Positions 23,643 through 35,006 of a stretch of DNA of 64,000 nucleotides are shown piece by piece. Position numbers and translations under genes: made by a program. The notes beneath the pieces are model-generated. The model ran no database searches. It worked only from the letters and a program-made list of their open reading frames with translations, and was not told the origin of the DNA. The first letter of the stretch is position 1, and every line of letters begins with the position of its first letter. The stretch comes from Mustelus asterias (taxonomy: Eukaryota): positions 94,736,001-94,800,000 of the forward strand of contig NC_135804.1 in NCBI RefSeq assembly GCF_964213995.1. Reading direction: 5' to 3'.

Positions 23643-23853
23643 GATGTGGAGATGTCGGCGTTGGACTGGGGTGGGCACAGTAAGAAGTCTCACAACACCA
23701 GGTTAAAGTCCAACAGGTTTATTTTGAATCACGAGCTTTCGGAGCACTGCTTCTTCATCAGGTATACTCACGTGATGAAGGAGCAGCGCTCTGAAAGCTT
23801 ATGATTCCAAATAAACCTGTTGGACTTTAACTTGGTGTTGTGAGACTTCTTAC
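23643..23853 (-). mobile_element. Mini fold-back Penelope-like insertion
   Basis: TSD CAAA(G/A)CTGCAAAG at 23631-23643 and 23853-23865; fold-back just 5' of the hammerhead. Confidence 0.88.
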
Positions 23854-25129
23854 AAAACTGCAAAGGCGGGACATTTCAAACTGCAGCCCAAAAACACTGA
23901 GAACATGTTTGACTGCATTAACGACATGGTGGACTGTATCGCACATAGAAAATAGAAAAATAGGTACAGGGGTAGGCCATTCGGCCCTTCGAGACTGAAT
24001 GTCTAAAGACAACATGTTAAGTAGAAAAAAGGCGACAGTTTCTCCGGAGCTAGCTCACAATATTTTGCGATGCAAAGATCTCTTTTTTTTACAAGGTCAG
24101 GCCACTGTAAGGTGTGAACAATTGAATAAAGATCTTTTTGTACTTGCAGATTTACTGTGTGGCATTTGAATCTGTTGTTTTTGACATAGATCGCCTTTGT
24201 AGGGATATCAGGTTGCAGAGAAACTCATTCATGTGGGAATGGGGCCTCCTCGGCTATCACAAAGCTCCGCTTAATACCGATTTGTTGGGTATTGAATTGA
24301 TTCATCAGGATTTTATTATAAGGGCAAAGGGTGGTGGCTAGGTTGGCAAGAATTGACATTAAATTGGCACAGAAACTGTAAGAGGTCATGGGGGTGGTTG
24401 GGGGAAAGAATTGGCATAGATGGGGACATGGGAGATGGATGGGAGGTGAGAGGGTATGAGGGTGAGAGTTACAAGGCCTAATATTTAACAAACAACTGGG
24501 ACAAAGTCCGAGAGAATCAAGGGAGGCTAATTAAACAGCCTGGCTTAGCACAGACCAACTCCGTTCTGCATCCACCCCATCGTCCTCCCTTCTCTGTTTC
24601 CTCTCAGCTAACCAATCCTCTATTCATGCTAATGTGCTACTTGTGGCACCATGAGCTAGTATCTAGTGCAGTAACCTTTTTATGTGGCACCTTATTGACG
24701 TTTAGAATTCAAATACACTACTTCTATTCGTTCCCCATTACCCACCTTGCTTGTTACTTCCTCAAAGAACCCATAAATTAGTGAAGCGTGATTGCCATTT
24801 TCACCTAATTATATTGTAATTTTCTAAATGTCCAACTATTACCTTCTTAATAATGGATTCAAATATTTTCCCTATGACAGATTTTAGTTTCCTGTTTGAT
24901 GTCTGTCTCCTTTCTTGAACGGAGATGTTACATTTGGGGTTTTCCAATCCACTGGGACCTTTCAGAATCCGGGAACCAATACCTCTGTTGCCTCTGCTGT
25001 CATGGGAGGCCTTATGAAATGCAAATTCATGGTGTTTAGATCTTTGTGCCTGAACATCATGGGTAGGACATTTTTGTGTTTGGTGTTAGTTTCTTAATTA
25101 ACTCGGTGTAAAGTGATGAGATTACTGAG

Positions 25130-25762
25130 CTCTGAGATGCAGAAGGATCTAAGTGTCTTAGTACATGAATCACAAAAGGCTAATTTGCAGTTTCAGCAAG
25201 TAAATAGGAAAGCTATTAGAATGTTGCTGTTTATTGTGAGGAAAATTGATTATAAAAGTAAGGAGGTTATGCTTTAGCACGAATTAGACCACATCTGGAG
25301 TATTGTATACAGTATCGGTCACATTTAAGGAAGGATAAAAATGCATTGGAAGCATTTCAGAGAAGGTTTACCAGACCAATGCTTGGAATGGGCATGGTAT
25401 CTTCTGAGTAAAGGCTGGACAGGATAAGTTTGTATCCATAGAAGATGTTTCCATTGTGGAAGAATCTAGAACTATGGGTCACGATTTAAAAATGATGGGC
25501 TGCCCCCGAAATGAGGCAAATTTTCTTCTGAGGGTTGTGAGGCTTTGGAGCTCTCTTCCTGAAGAGGTGCTGGAAGGAGAGTCTTTGAATGTTTTTAAGG
25601 CAGAGGTGAGATTCTTGGTAAGCAAGCAATGGGATGATAGGTATTGGGGGTAGGCAGGATGCAGATTTGAACTTACTATAAGATCAGCCATGATCTTAAT
25701 AAAATGGCAGAGCAGGCTCAAAGGGCCAAATATGCTATTCCTGCTCCTTGTTTGTATGTTCT
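25130..25762 (+). mobile_element. Old CR1 3' fragment
   Basis: RPHLEYCIQ, RVVRLWSSLP and CR1 3' UTR. Confidence 0.75.
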
Positions 25763-26761
25763 TATTATATGTGATCCCTTAAATTCCGAGGAGAAAGATG
25801 AGTAGAGATGTCTATACTGCAATAACTATTAGGACATAGAATGCATTGACAGAGGAAATAGTTAAGGAAAAGACCATTTCCATGAAGCATAATGAATCAT
25901 TTGATGCAGAGGAAATGATCCAGAACTTTGATGCTTAGTATTCTTCCGTCTGATAGTATTGTTCATAGCACAATTATGTTCTTTTCAAGCTGGAAACAAT
26001 TTCTCACAGTCACGCTAAGCTTATAATTTCTTTCTTTCTCCTTGACAATTTTCCAAATTTCTATTCTTTTTCTGAAATAATTGATTCTTTGAAGGTTGTT
26101 GTGATTTTTTTGCTCTACCTGGCCAAGTTCCTTCACTGTCAGATGTCCTTTAGTATCATACCAAGTGGCTATTGTCCACATTCTTATGATCCTAGACCAG
26201 GCTTCCAAATTTTTGGTAGGGACCAATAACAGTTTGTTTAAAGTAGACAAAGTTTTGAGATCCCTACTAAGAAAATAAAGCCGCAAGATTCCACAGGTTT
26301 TGAACAAGGAAAAGTAAGCCTTATTGTACAAGATCAGAAGGTTAGGACAATTTACAATATTCATCTTATACACTGGCATTCAGGGAAAATATGAGGCACA
26401 CAGGAATTAACAGGCAAACTATCATTGAACATACCACATTGCACAATAGATGGCAGATGAAACCAAGGCAGATTGTACAGATTTCTCATCAACCCACCCA
26501 GATATCAGTAGACACTGTGAGTCAACCAATCTCATGAAACCCTACCTCCCTCAAGAGGGATTCTACTCTTCCCTCTCAGACAGTGTCAACGATGGGTCTC
26601 CTCACAGGGTTTCAATCTTGTTTTACGGAATTCTATTCCACTGTATTCCTGAGTATCCATTCCTAGAACAATTCACAAGCACAACTTTGGTCCTTTGACC
26701 ATGCTGAGCAAATCACTGCTGCTCCAAAGGAGTTTTGTCCCAACGGAATCACCAATCTTCT

Positions 26762-26872
26762 TCCCTCTCCGATTGCCGGGACCTCTCCTGTGTCCTCTCT
26801 GATTGCTGGGCCCTCTCCTGTGTCCTCTCCAATTGCCGGGCCCTCTCCTGAGCCCTCTCCAATTGCCAGGGC
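26762..26872. repeat. 30-bp minisatellite (~3.7 copies)
   Basis: Consensus CCTCTCCAATTGCCGGGCCCTCTCCTGTGT repeated with few substitutions. Confidence 0.85.
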
Positions 26873-27551
26873 CTGTCCTATGTCTTTCCTGAATACTGAA
26901 TTGTGTGTATACAGCCTATTCCTGGTCTGCACATGAATGGAAACTCTGGTCTGCCAGGATGTGGAGTTCCTGACCTCTACTCTCGACGATGGCCAAGTTG
27001 GCTTTCATAGCAGAATGTCAAGCCAATCTTTGAAACTTTGGTACGAGTAAATAATAAAGATTTTTAAACCTGAATTCTGTTTTTATTTCTTTTAAATTCC
27101 TCTTCTGTCTGAGCTACTAACGACATTGCCCACTTAACTAATATCCATATCTTTCTCTCGATAGTGCTAATGTACTGACATAGGGCTGGTATAGGACTTG
27201 TGAACTTTAATGGCCATTTGCTTGATGTGTAATAAGCTCCCAAGTTTTGTTTGTTTTAATCAAATTTCACCATGATTTTGCATGTTCTGTTAATTGTTAG
27301 GCCACTTACTTTTCCATTTCAGCGAGAACTTTGTTGTGAGCATTGGCTCTAGAACCACTTAACTCTGTCCTAGTTGACCTTTGATTGCTGGCATGCAGCT
27401 GTGTTACAGCTTCACTATAGTTTGTGCCTCAATCTCAAGTTTGTCAGTTGGTGCTCCTGTCATGTACATTAACAATCTCCATTGAACCATTGTTGGTTTC
27501 CAAGCTTAAAGTTGATAGAGTAGTAAAGGACTCTATGTCCTTCAGGACTCG

Positions 27552-28072
27552 GTAAGAAGTCTCACAACACCAGGTTAAAGGCCCAACAGGTTTATTTGGT
27601 AGCAAAGGCCACTAGCTTTCGGAGCGCTGCTCCTTCGTCAGGTAAGTGGGAGTTCTGTTCACAAACAGGGCATATAAAGACACAAACTCAATTTACAAAA
27701 TAATGGTTGGAATGCGAGTCTTTACAGGTAATCGAGTCTTAAAGGTACAGACAATGTGAGTGGAGAGAGGGTTAAGCACAGGTTGAAGAGATGTGTATTG
27801 TCTCCAGCCAGGACAGTTGGTGAGATTTTGCAAGCCCAGGCAAGTTGTGGGAGTTACAGATAGTGTGACATGAACCCAAGATCCCGGTTGAGGCCGTCCT
27901 CATGTGTGCGGAACTTGGCTATCAGTCTCTGCTCAGCGACTCTGCGTTGTCTGCGCTCCGAAAGCTAGTGGCTTTTGCTACCAAATAAACCTGTTGGACT
28001 TTAACCTGGTGTTGTGAGACTTATTACTGTGTTTACCACAGTCCAACGCCGGCATCTCCACATCATGACTAT
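27552..28072 (+). mobile_element. Asymmetric fold-back Penelope-like insertion
   Basis: ~400 bp inverted arm plus ~120 bp sense arm; TSD CTTCAGGACTCGG at 27540-27552 and 28073-28085. Confidence 0.9.
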
Positions 28073-28184
28073 CTTCAGGACTCGGCCAGCTCAGTTAACT
28101 GTGAGACCACTGAGTCACTCTTGGTAGACCTTGGATCATATAAACTAATTTCAAAGCTGCCTAAATTTATGATATTTAACATAA

Positions 28185-29144
28185 AGGCTGGAATTTTACC
28201 GTTTTATTTCTAAGTGCTGGGCGGGCGACGAACTGAGAGAGTTTCTGATCCGTTTTTTGGGCACGTTTTCAGGCCCCCGCCCCCTGAGTCTGGGTGCAAG
28301 TCTTTTGCTCACTGCAAAAGCCTGTGGGCGGGGCTTAACACACCCGAAAGCCTGGAGAGGGAGCTAGAGCGCATGTGCTGCACATGTGCGTTAGCAGTAG
28401 CAGGGGTCTGACAGACAAAGAGAGCTGTTAGGCCCCTGCTACAGCAGGCAACCTGAAGCAGCTTCCCTCCCCCATCCACCCTGCAATCGCGGGGGCCCAA
28501 AGCCCGAGATGCAGCCCCTCCCCCGCTGCCCTCCCTCCACCAACCACTGCAGAGTGGCAGCAAGCCCCCTCTCCCTTCCTCCCTCCATTGATTGCTGCGG
28601 AGTGGCAGCAAGCCCCCTCTCCCTTCCTCCCTCGTCCACCAATCGCTGCAGTGCAGCAGTGGGCCCCTAGCACTGTCAGGTGGGCATTGCCCAGGTGCCA
28701 GGCTGGCATTGCCTAGGTACCAGAATGGCACTGCCAGTTTGGCACTGCCCAAGTGGCACCACCCCCCCCTTTGCCCTCAGCCTCCTCAGGGGGCCTCAGT
28801 GGCCTTCAGCTCCACCGGTGAGGCCATGTCGACTGCTCCCCGTTCATGGGGAGCATGTCTAATCCTTGCCGGCAAGAACCTCTGCCAGCGAGACCATAAA
28901 GACAGGCAAGCCCAGATGATTGAGCGCCGGGCTCGCTAAACACATTCAAAACATCATTTTAATAAATTTAAATAATCGGCCCCTCGCCCATTTCCAGCGA
29001 GAGGCTGACCGTGCCGGAAATCCGGCACTTGTAAAATGGCGCCGGTCATGAAAACCGGCGGTAATCATGCTATTCGTTTTGCGCCCCATTTTACGACCAC
29101 ATCGTGCCCAAAAATAGGCATGACGCGGTCGTAAAATACAACCC
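28185..29144. mobile_element. Non-autonomous Harbinger-type DNA transposon
   Basis: Imperfect TIRs GGCTGGAATTTTAC / GTAAAATACAACCC; GC-rich interior with TGGCA/TGCC motifs as in 19106-20649; short internal tandem duplication at ~28548-28635. Confidence 0.65.
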
Positions 29145-30704
29145 AAAGTGTCTGCCATGCTTGGAAACCATCATTTGGAAGTGTCACATGGCTTATGTCA
29201 CACCTGCACCTTATTAACTTACGTCATTCATAAAGCAGCAAAAATCATAATTGACGAATTTCGCTTCAGCAGCAACTGGTCCACAGTTGGCCTGCAGTTG
29301 CGTCAATTTCAAGTAAACTTTGTAGCATCAAAGGGATAAACTGTATCATGCACAACCCCACCTTAGCAGCAAACAACTAGGTTATTAGAAAAAGGATTTT
29401 AGGATGTAAACTGTTCCCACCTTGTTATGTAACCCATTTTATTACATAGTTAATTGTTCTGTTGCGATGTGTCGTATTGCTCAGATATCATAATCAATGC
29501 TAGAGGAAGAATAATGGCTTGTTCAAATAGGGCTGTCAGAGCCTTGTACAGTTTCTGTTGATGGAGGCAATGTGCCAATTTGATGACTGTATACAGAAGA
29601 CTGTTTTGTTCAAAGCCACCCATTTTACTGGTGTAACTCAGGTGGCTGGGAGTGGAAAATGGGCAGGAGTTCAGTTTAATTGGAACACCACCCACCCACA
29701 TTAACACCTTTCAATTTGTCTGCTGTTATTTTTCCCTGGTGAGGGGTAAAGAAACACCTCCTTTGTATAAGAAGACATATACAAATGACATGCTGCCTAC
29801 ACGTTTTCTGTCAGCTGCGGACTATTCGTGCCAGATTACATGGGACATCTAGGGCTATTGGGCATGAGGGAAAATGGCAATTAAAAGGGAGCAGGGGCTA
29901 GATTTGTAGAAACTTTGATTTTATTTTGGTGGCTTTAATTTCCTTTTTAACTTGCCAAGTAGCGTCGTGCTAGCCTTTTGTATCATTTACTGTGGATCAA
30001 CCCAAAATTTATTAACAAATCCTTATCGTACAAACTCTATTTGAAAACAACTCTTAACTCCCAGACTAACTTAATACTTTATGCTATATGTCTGAGATTT
30101 CTGATACTACCCGTGTCAATGAACTTGACCAAGCTACAGGGTCTGGTTTACTGAACTCTGCCCTCTCTCGCCTTCAACTCAGGGTTTTCGTTGCGAAGGT
30201 TGGTCTCGCATGCCTTTTTCTGTCTTCATTGTAGGTTGAGTCAAATCTTTGCTGGGGGTGGCCTCCAGGTGTCTCTTCTTATCCCCCTCTTCACACCGTT
30301 CTGGCAGATTCTCTGGCTTTCAACCAATGAGGTCATTGGGAGGGGGTCACAGCAGCCAATGAGTTTGCCGATTCCATATATGGAAAACGCCAGGACCCCC
30401 AGGTGCCTATCCCCAGATGCACAGGGTGCATGTAGTCCTTTTCTATATAAGGTAATGGAGGGAATCCCCAGAGAGTATGGCTGAAATTGGGGAATACACA
30501 AATGCTGCCCTTATTTGGTCAGTTCCAGCCTCCAGGGCAAGTCCAGGTTTGGCCTTGCTCGCTGCTGACCTGTGTTTCTGTTTTAAACTTGGCCTGTCCG
30601 AATTCCCATCAGGCCTGGTTGAGGAGGCTGTTGACTGCTGTTTAATATAGAGTGTCCAATTCTGTGCCGGGCCTAGTTGCTCAGGCCGTTGGCCACTTGG
30701 CCAC

Positions 30705-31160
30705 ACCACCAACAAGGCTCAAGTCAGGAGTGTGATAGAATATTCTCCACTTGCCTGGAGAAGTGCAGTTCCAACCACCTCAAGAAACCTGACACTATCC
30801 AGGACAAAGCAGACCACTTGATTTGCACCCCATCCGCCACCTTAAATATTCACTCCCTACACCACCGCCACAGTGACAGCAGTGAATATCACCTATTAGA
30901 CACACTGCAGCAACTCATCAAGGCTTCTGTATGTGAACACTGCCACCTGAAAGTTCTCCTGTAAGCCACACACTACCCTGACTTGGAATTATTTTGCCTT
31001 TACTGGGTCAAAATCAATAAACTCCCTTCTTAACAACACTGATGAATGTATAAAGACCACTTGAACTACAGGTTTCAAGAAGGTGGCTCACCACAACATT
31101 CTCAAGGGAAATTAGGGATCAGCAATAAACATTGGCCTCGCCAGCCATGCTTATATCCAG
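30705..31160 (+). mobile_element. LINE family B 3' end
   Basis: KAQVRSVIEYSPLAW...LKKPDTIQDKADHLI; tail CTCAAGGGAAATTAGGGAT...AAATGATTTTTTTTTAAAA. Confidence 0.75.
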
Positions 31161-32039
31161 TAAATGATTTTTTTTTTAAAATGAGGTCACCTTTTGCATT
31201 CTCAGATGATTCTGGGATTGCAATCATACTGTCAAATCGATTTCCATGGATAAAAGCAGAACTTGTGTGGTCAAGCCAGATCTGGCAGTGGTCTGCGACC
31301 CTTGGACTTAAAGGAATGGAGGTAAGGGCCGAGTAAAGAGCCAGAGTAAGAGGTGGTCATGGATTTTATGGGGAACAAAGACGCAGAAAGTTCAGGTAAT
31401 GGTGTAGTTGAGCAAAATAACAGCTGCAGAAATGCTGTGGTCAACAGACGACCAAAGGCTAGTCAGGTGGGATTTTGAAAATGCAGCTGTAAATGGACTG
31501 ATTTATGGTGGCAAGAAATGCATGAAGATTGCATTACTGAGCAAAAGTCATATCCTTATCTATGATTACTGGATAAAAGTTGTGAAGCATTTATTCTGTA
31601 ATTTCATACCTCAACCGTCTTATGCTCAGGGGATCAGATTTCTGCACATTATATGACACAATTTCAGAGCATTAGCTAAACACAGTGATGCCATCCTGTA
31701 AGTCAATGAGCTAAGCACAGATGTGCCTGAATGTCGTAAATCTTTATGATTTTGTGGTTCCATGTATTAAGTGAGTTACCACTGCATTGTTTTCTAAAGC
31801 AAGTAATTTCTATCTTCAAGGATAGCTGGCAGCAGCAAGACAGGATATTATAACTTTCTGAAATGACAGGGTTTCAACAGCCCGTGGCATCATAGTGCAA
31901 TATGCTGCTACCTATGTGCTTCACTGCTTAATGCCATTACCTATGCCAACAGGGAATGGTTTTATTCAGTTTAACTGAGTGATGCCACAGTATGCCAGTT
32001 TAGCATTCCACCCATTCTTCTAGCTTGCAAGAGGGAGAG

Positions 32040-34890
32040 AGGAGGCGGTGCTACTGGATTAGTAATCCAGAGGTCAAGGTGAATACTCTGGGAACTAGTG
32101 GAATTTGAAATTAATGAATAAAAACCTGGAATTAAAAGCTAGTCTCAGTAATGGTGACCAGAAAACCATTGTTGTAAAAACCCATCTGGTTCACTAGTGC
32201 CCTTTAGGGACGAAAATCAGTTGTCCATCTCTGCTTTGGGCTACAAGTGCCTTCAGAGCCACAGCAATGTGGCTGACTCTTAAATGGCCTAGCATGCTAC
32301 TCAGTTGTAATAAACTGTTACAAAGACTATAAGGAATAGAACATAGAACAGTACAGCACAGAACAGGCCCTTCGGCCCACGATGTTGTGCCGAACTTTAT
32401 CTGAAACCAAGATCAAGCTATCCCACTCCCTATCATCCTGGTGTGCTCCATGTGCCTATCCAATAACCGCTTAAATGTTCCTAAAGTGTCTGACTCCACT
32501 ATCACTGCAGGCAGTCCATTCCACACCCCAACCACTCTCTGCGTAAAGAACCTACCTCTGATATCCTTCCTATATCTCCCACCATGAACCCTATAGTTAT
32601 GCCCCCTTGTAATAGCTCCATCCACCCGAGGAAATAGTCTTTGAACGTTCACTCTATCTATCCCCTTCATCATTTTATAAACCTCTATTAAGTCTCCCCT
32701 CAGCCTCCTCCGCTCCAGAGAGAACAGCCCCAGGTCCCTCAACCTTTCCTCATAAGACCTACCCTCCAAACCAGGCAGCATCCTGGTAAATCTCCTCTGC
32801 ACCCTTTCCAGCGCTTCCACATCCTTCCTATAGTGAGGCGACCAGAACTGCACACAATATTCCAAATGTGGTCTCACCAAGGTCCTGTACAGTTGCAGCA
32901 TAACCCCATGGCTCTTAAACTCCAATCCCCTGTTAATAAACGCTAACACACTATAGGTCTTCTTCACAGCTCTATCCACTTGAGTGGCAACCTTTAGAGA
33001 TGTGGATATGGACCCCAAGATCTCTCTGTTCCTCCACAGTCTTCAGAACCCTACCTTTGACCCTGTAATCCACATTTAAATTAGTCCTACCAAAATGAAT
33101 CACCTCACATTTATCAGGGTTAAACTCCATTTGCCATTTTTCAGCCCAGCTTTGCATCCTATCTATGTCTCTTTGTAGCCTACAACAGCCCTCCACCTCA
33201 TCCACTACTCCACCAATCTTGGTGTCATCAGCAAATTTACTGATCCACCCTTCAGCCCCCTCCTCTAAGTCATGAATAAAAATCACAAAGAGCAGAGGAC
33301 CAAGCACTGATCCCTGTGGCACTCCGCTAGCAACCTGCCTCCAGTCCGAAAATTTTCCATCCACCACCACCCTCTGTCTTCGATCAGACAGCCAGTTACC
33401 TATCCAATCGGGCAACTTTCCCTCTATCCCACACCTCCTTACTTTCATCATAAGCCTACCATGGGGGACCTTATAAAACGCCTTACTAAAATCCATGTAT
33501 ATGACATCAACTGCCCTACCTTCATCAACACACTTAGTTACCTCCTCAAAAAATTCTATCAAATTTGTGAGGCACGACTTGCCCTTCACGAATCCGTGCT
33601 GACTATCCCGGATTAATCCGCATCTTTCTAAATGGTCGTAAATCCCATCCCTAAGGACCTTTTCCATCAATTTACCAACCACCGAAGTAAGACTAACTGG
33701 TCTATAATTACCAGGGTCATTTCTATTCCCTTTCTTAAACAGAGGAACAACATTCGCCACTCTCCAGTCCTCTGGCACCATCCCCGTGGACAGTGAGGAC
33801 CCAAAGATCAAAGCCAAAGGCTCTGCAATCTCATCCCTTGCCTCCCAAAGAATGAATGAAACAAGAATGAAACAAAGCAGATTGCCTGGCATTAACTCAG
33901 GCACCAACAATGACAAACCCAGTCCTTTGAACCTTGCAAAGTCCTCCTTACTAACATTTGGGGGCTTGTGCAAAAATTGGGAGAGGTGTCCCACAGATTG
34001 ATCAAACAGCACTATGGCATAGTCATACTCAGGGAACCGTACCTTACAGATAATGCCCCAGACTCCACCGTCACCATCCCTGAGTATGTCCTGTCCCACT
34101 GGCGGGGCAGACCCACAAGAGATGGTGGTGACATAGTGGTATCGAATTAGGAGGGAGTTGACCTGGAAAAACTCAACATTGACTCCAGATGCCTTGAGGT
34201 CTCATAATATCAGGTCAAACATGGGCAAGGAAACCTCATGATGATTATCACCTACCATGGCCCCCTCAGCTCATGACTCAATACTCCTCCATGTTGAAGA
34301 CCAACTGGAAGAAGCACTACACTAAGGGTGGCAAAGGGACAGAATATACTGAGTGGGGGGATCTCAATTTCCAGTGCCATGAGTGGCTCGGTAGTACCTC
34401 TACTGATTAGGCTGGCCAAGCCCTGAAGAACATAACTGTTAGATTAGCAGGTGGTGAGGGAATCAATAAGAGGGATAATCTACTTGACCTCATACTCACC
34501 AGTTTATCTGTCACCGATGCAACTGCCCATGGCAGTATTGGCAGGAGTGACCACTGCACAGTCCTTGTGGAGACAAAGTCCCACCTTCACATCGAGGATA
34601 CCCTCCATTGTGTTGTGTGGCCCAACCACAGAGCGAGATGGGATAGATTTCAAACAGATCTGCAGCTCAACACTCAGCCATCAGCAGCAGCAGTATTGTG
34701 TCCAACCACAATCTGTAACCTCATGATCCAGCATAACCCCACTCTACCATTACTGTCAAGCTAGTGGATCAATTCTGGAACAGTGGAGGACAGCAAGCCA
34801 GGAGCAACACCAGGCATACCTAAAAATATTTGTCAACCTGGTGAAGCTACAACAGTGGAAGCAGCAAGCAGTAAACAGAGGCAAGCAAGA
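32040..34890 (+). mobile_element. LINE family B 5' portion: tRNA-like head, short UTR, APE endonuclease region (split by a CR1)
   Basis: ORF 33968-34150 LIKQHYGIVILREPYLTDNAPDSTVTIPEYVLSHWRGRPTRDGG is an APE N-terminus; GRSDH motif near 34540; head matches the SINE at 5528-5823. Confidence 0.75.
32337..33851 (-). mobile_element. Young CR1 (RT and 3' end, one frameshift)
   Basis: PGNYRPVSLTS, QHGFVKGKSCLTNL, SGVPQGSVLGP, FADDTK; (TGTTCTA)n tail. Confidence 0.95.
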
Positions 34891-34896
34891 GTGCTA

Positions 34897-35006
34897 ACAA
34901 TTTTCAAGTTAAACTGACAGGCCCCTGTAATATGCCACCTCTGTGCCACCATAGTACAGGGATGGCATATTACAGGGCCCTAATGTCAGTTTAACTTGAA
35001 AATTGT
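34897..35006. repeat. 110-bp near-perfect inverted repeat (hairpin)
   Basis: Outer 23 bp ACAATTTTCAAGTTAAACTGACA is exactly complementary to 34984-35006; the inner stem continues with few mismatches. Confidence 0.9.

Noticed and set aside
32972-34099. 375-aa ORF as a novel RT with a unique N-terminus
   Set aside because: Chimeric: the first ~80 aa are the antisense of LINE family B read across the CR1 5' truncation junction at ~33851.
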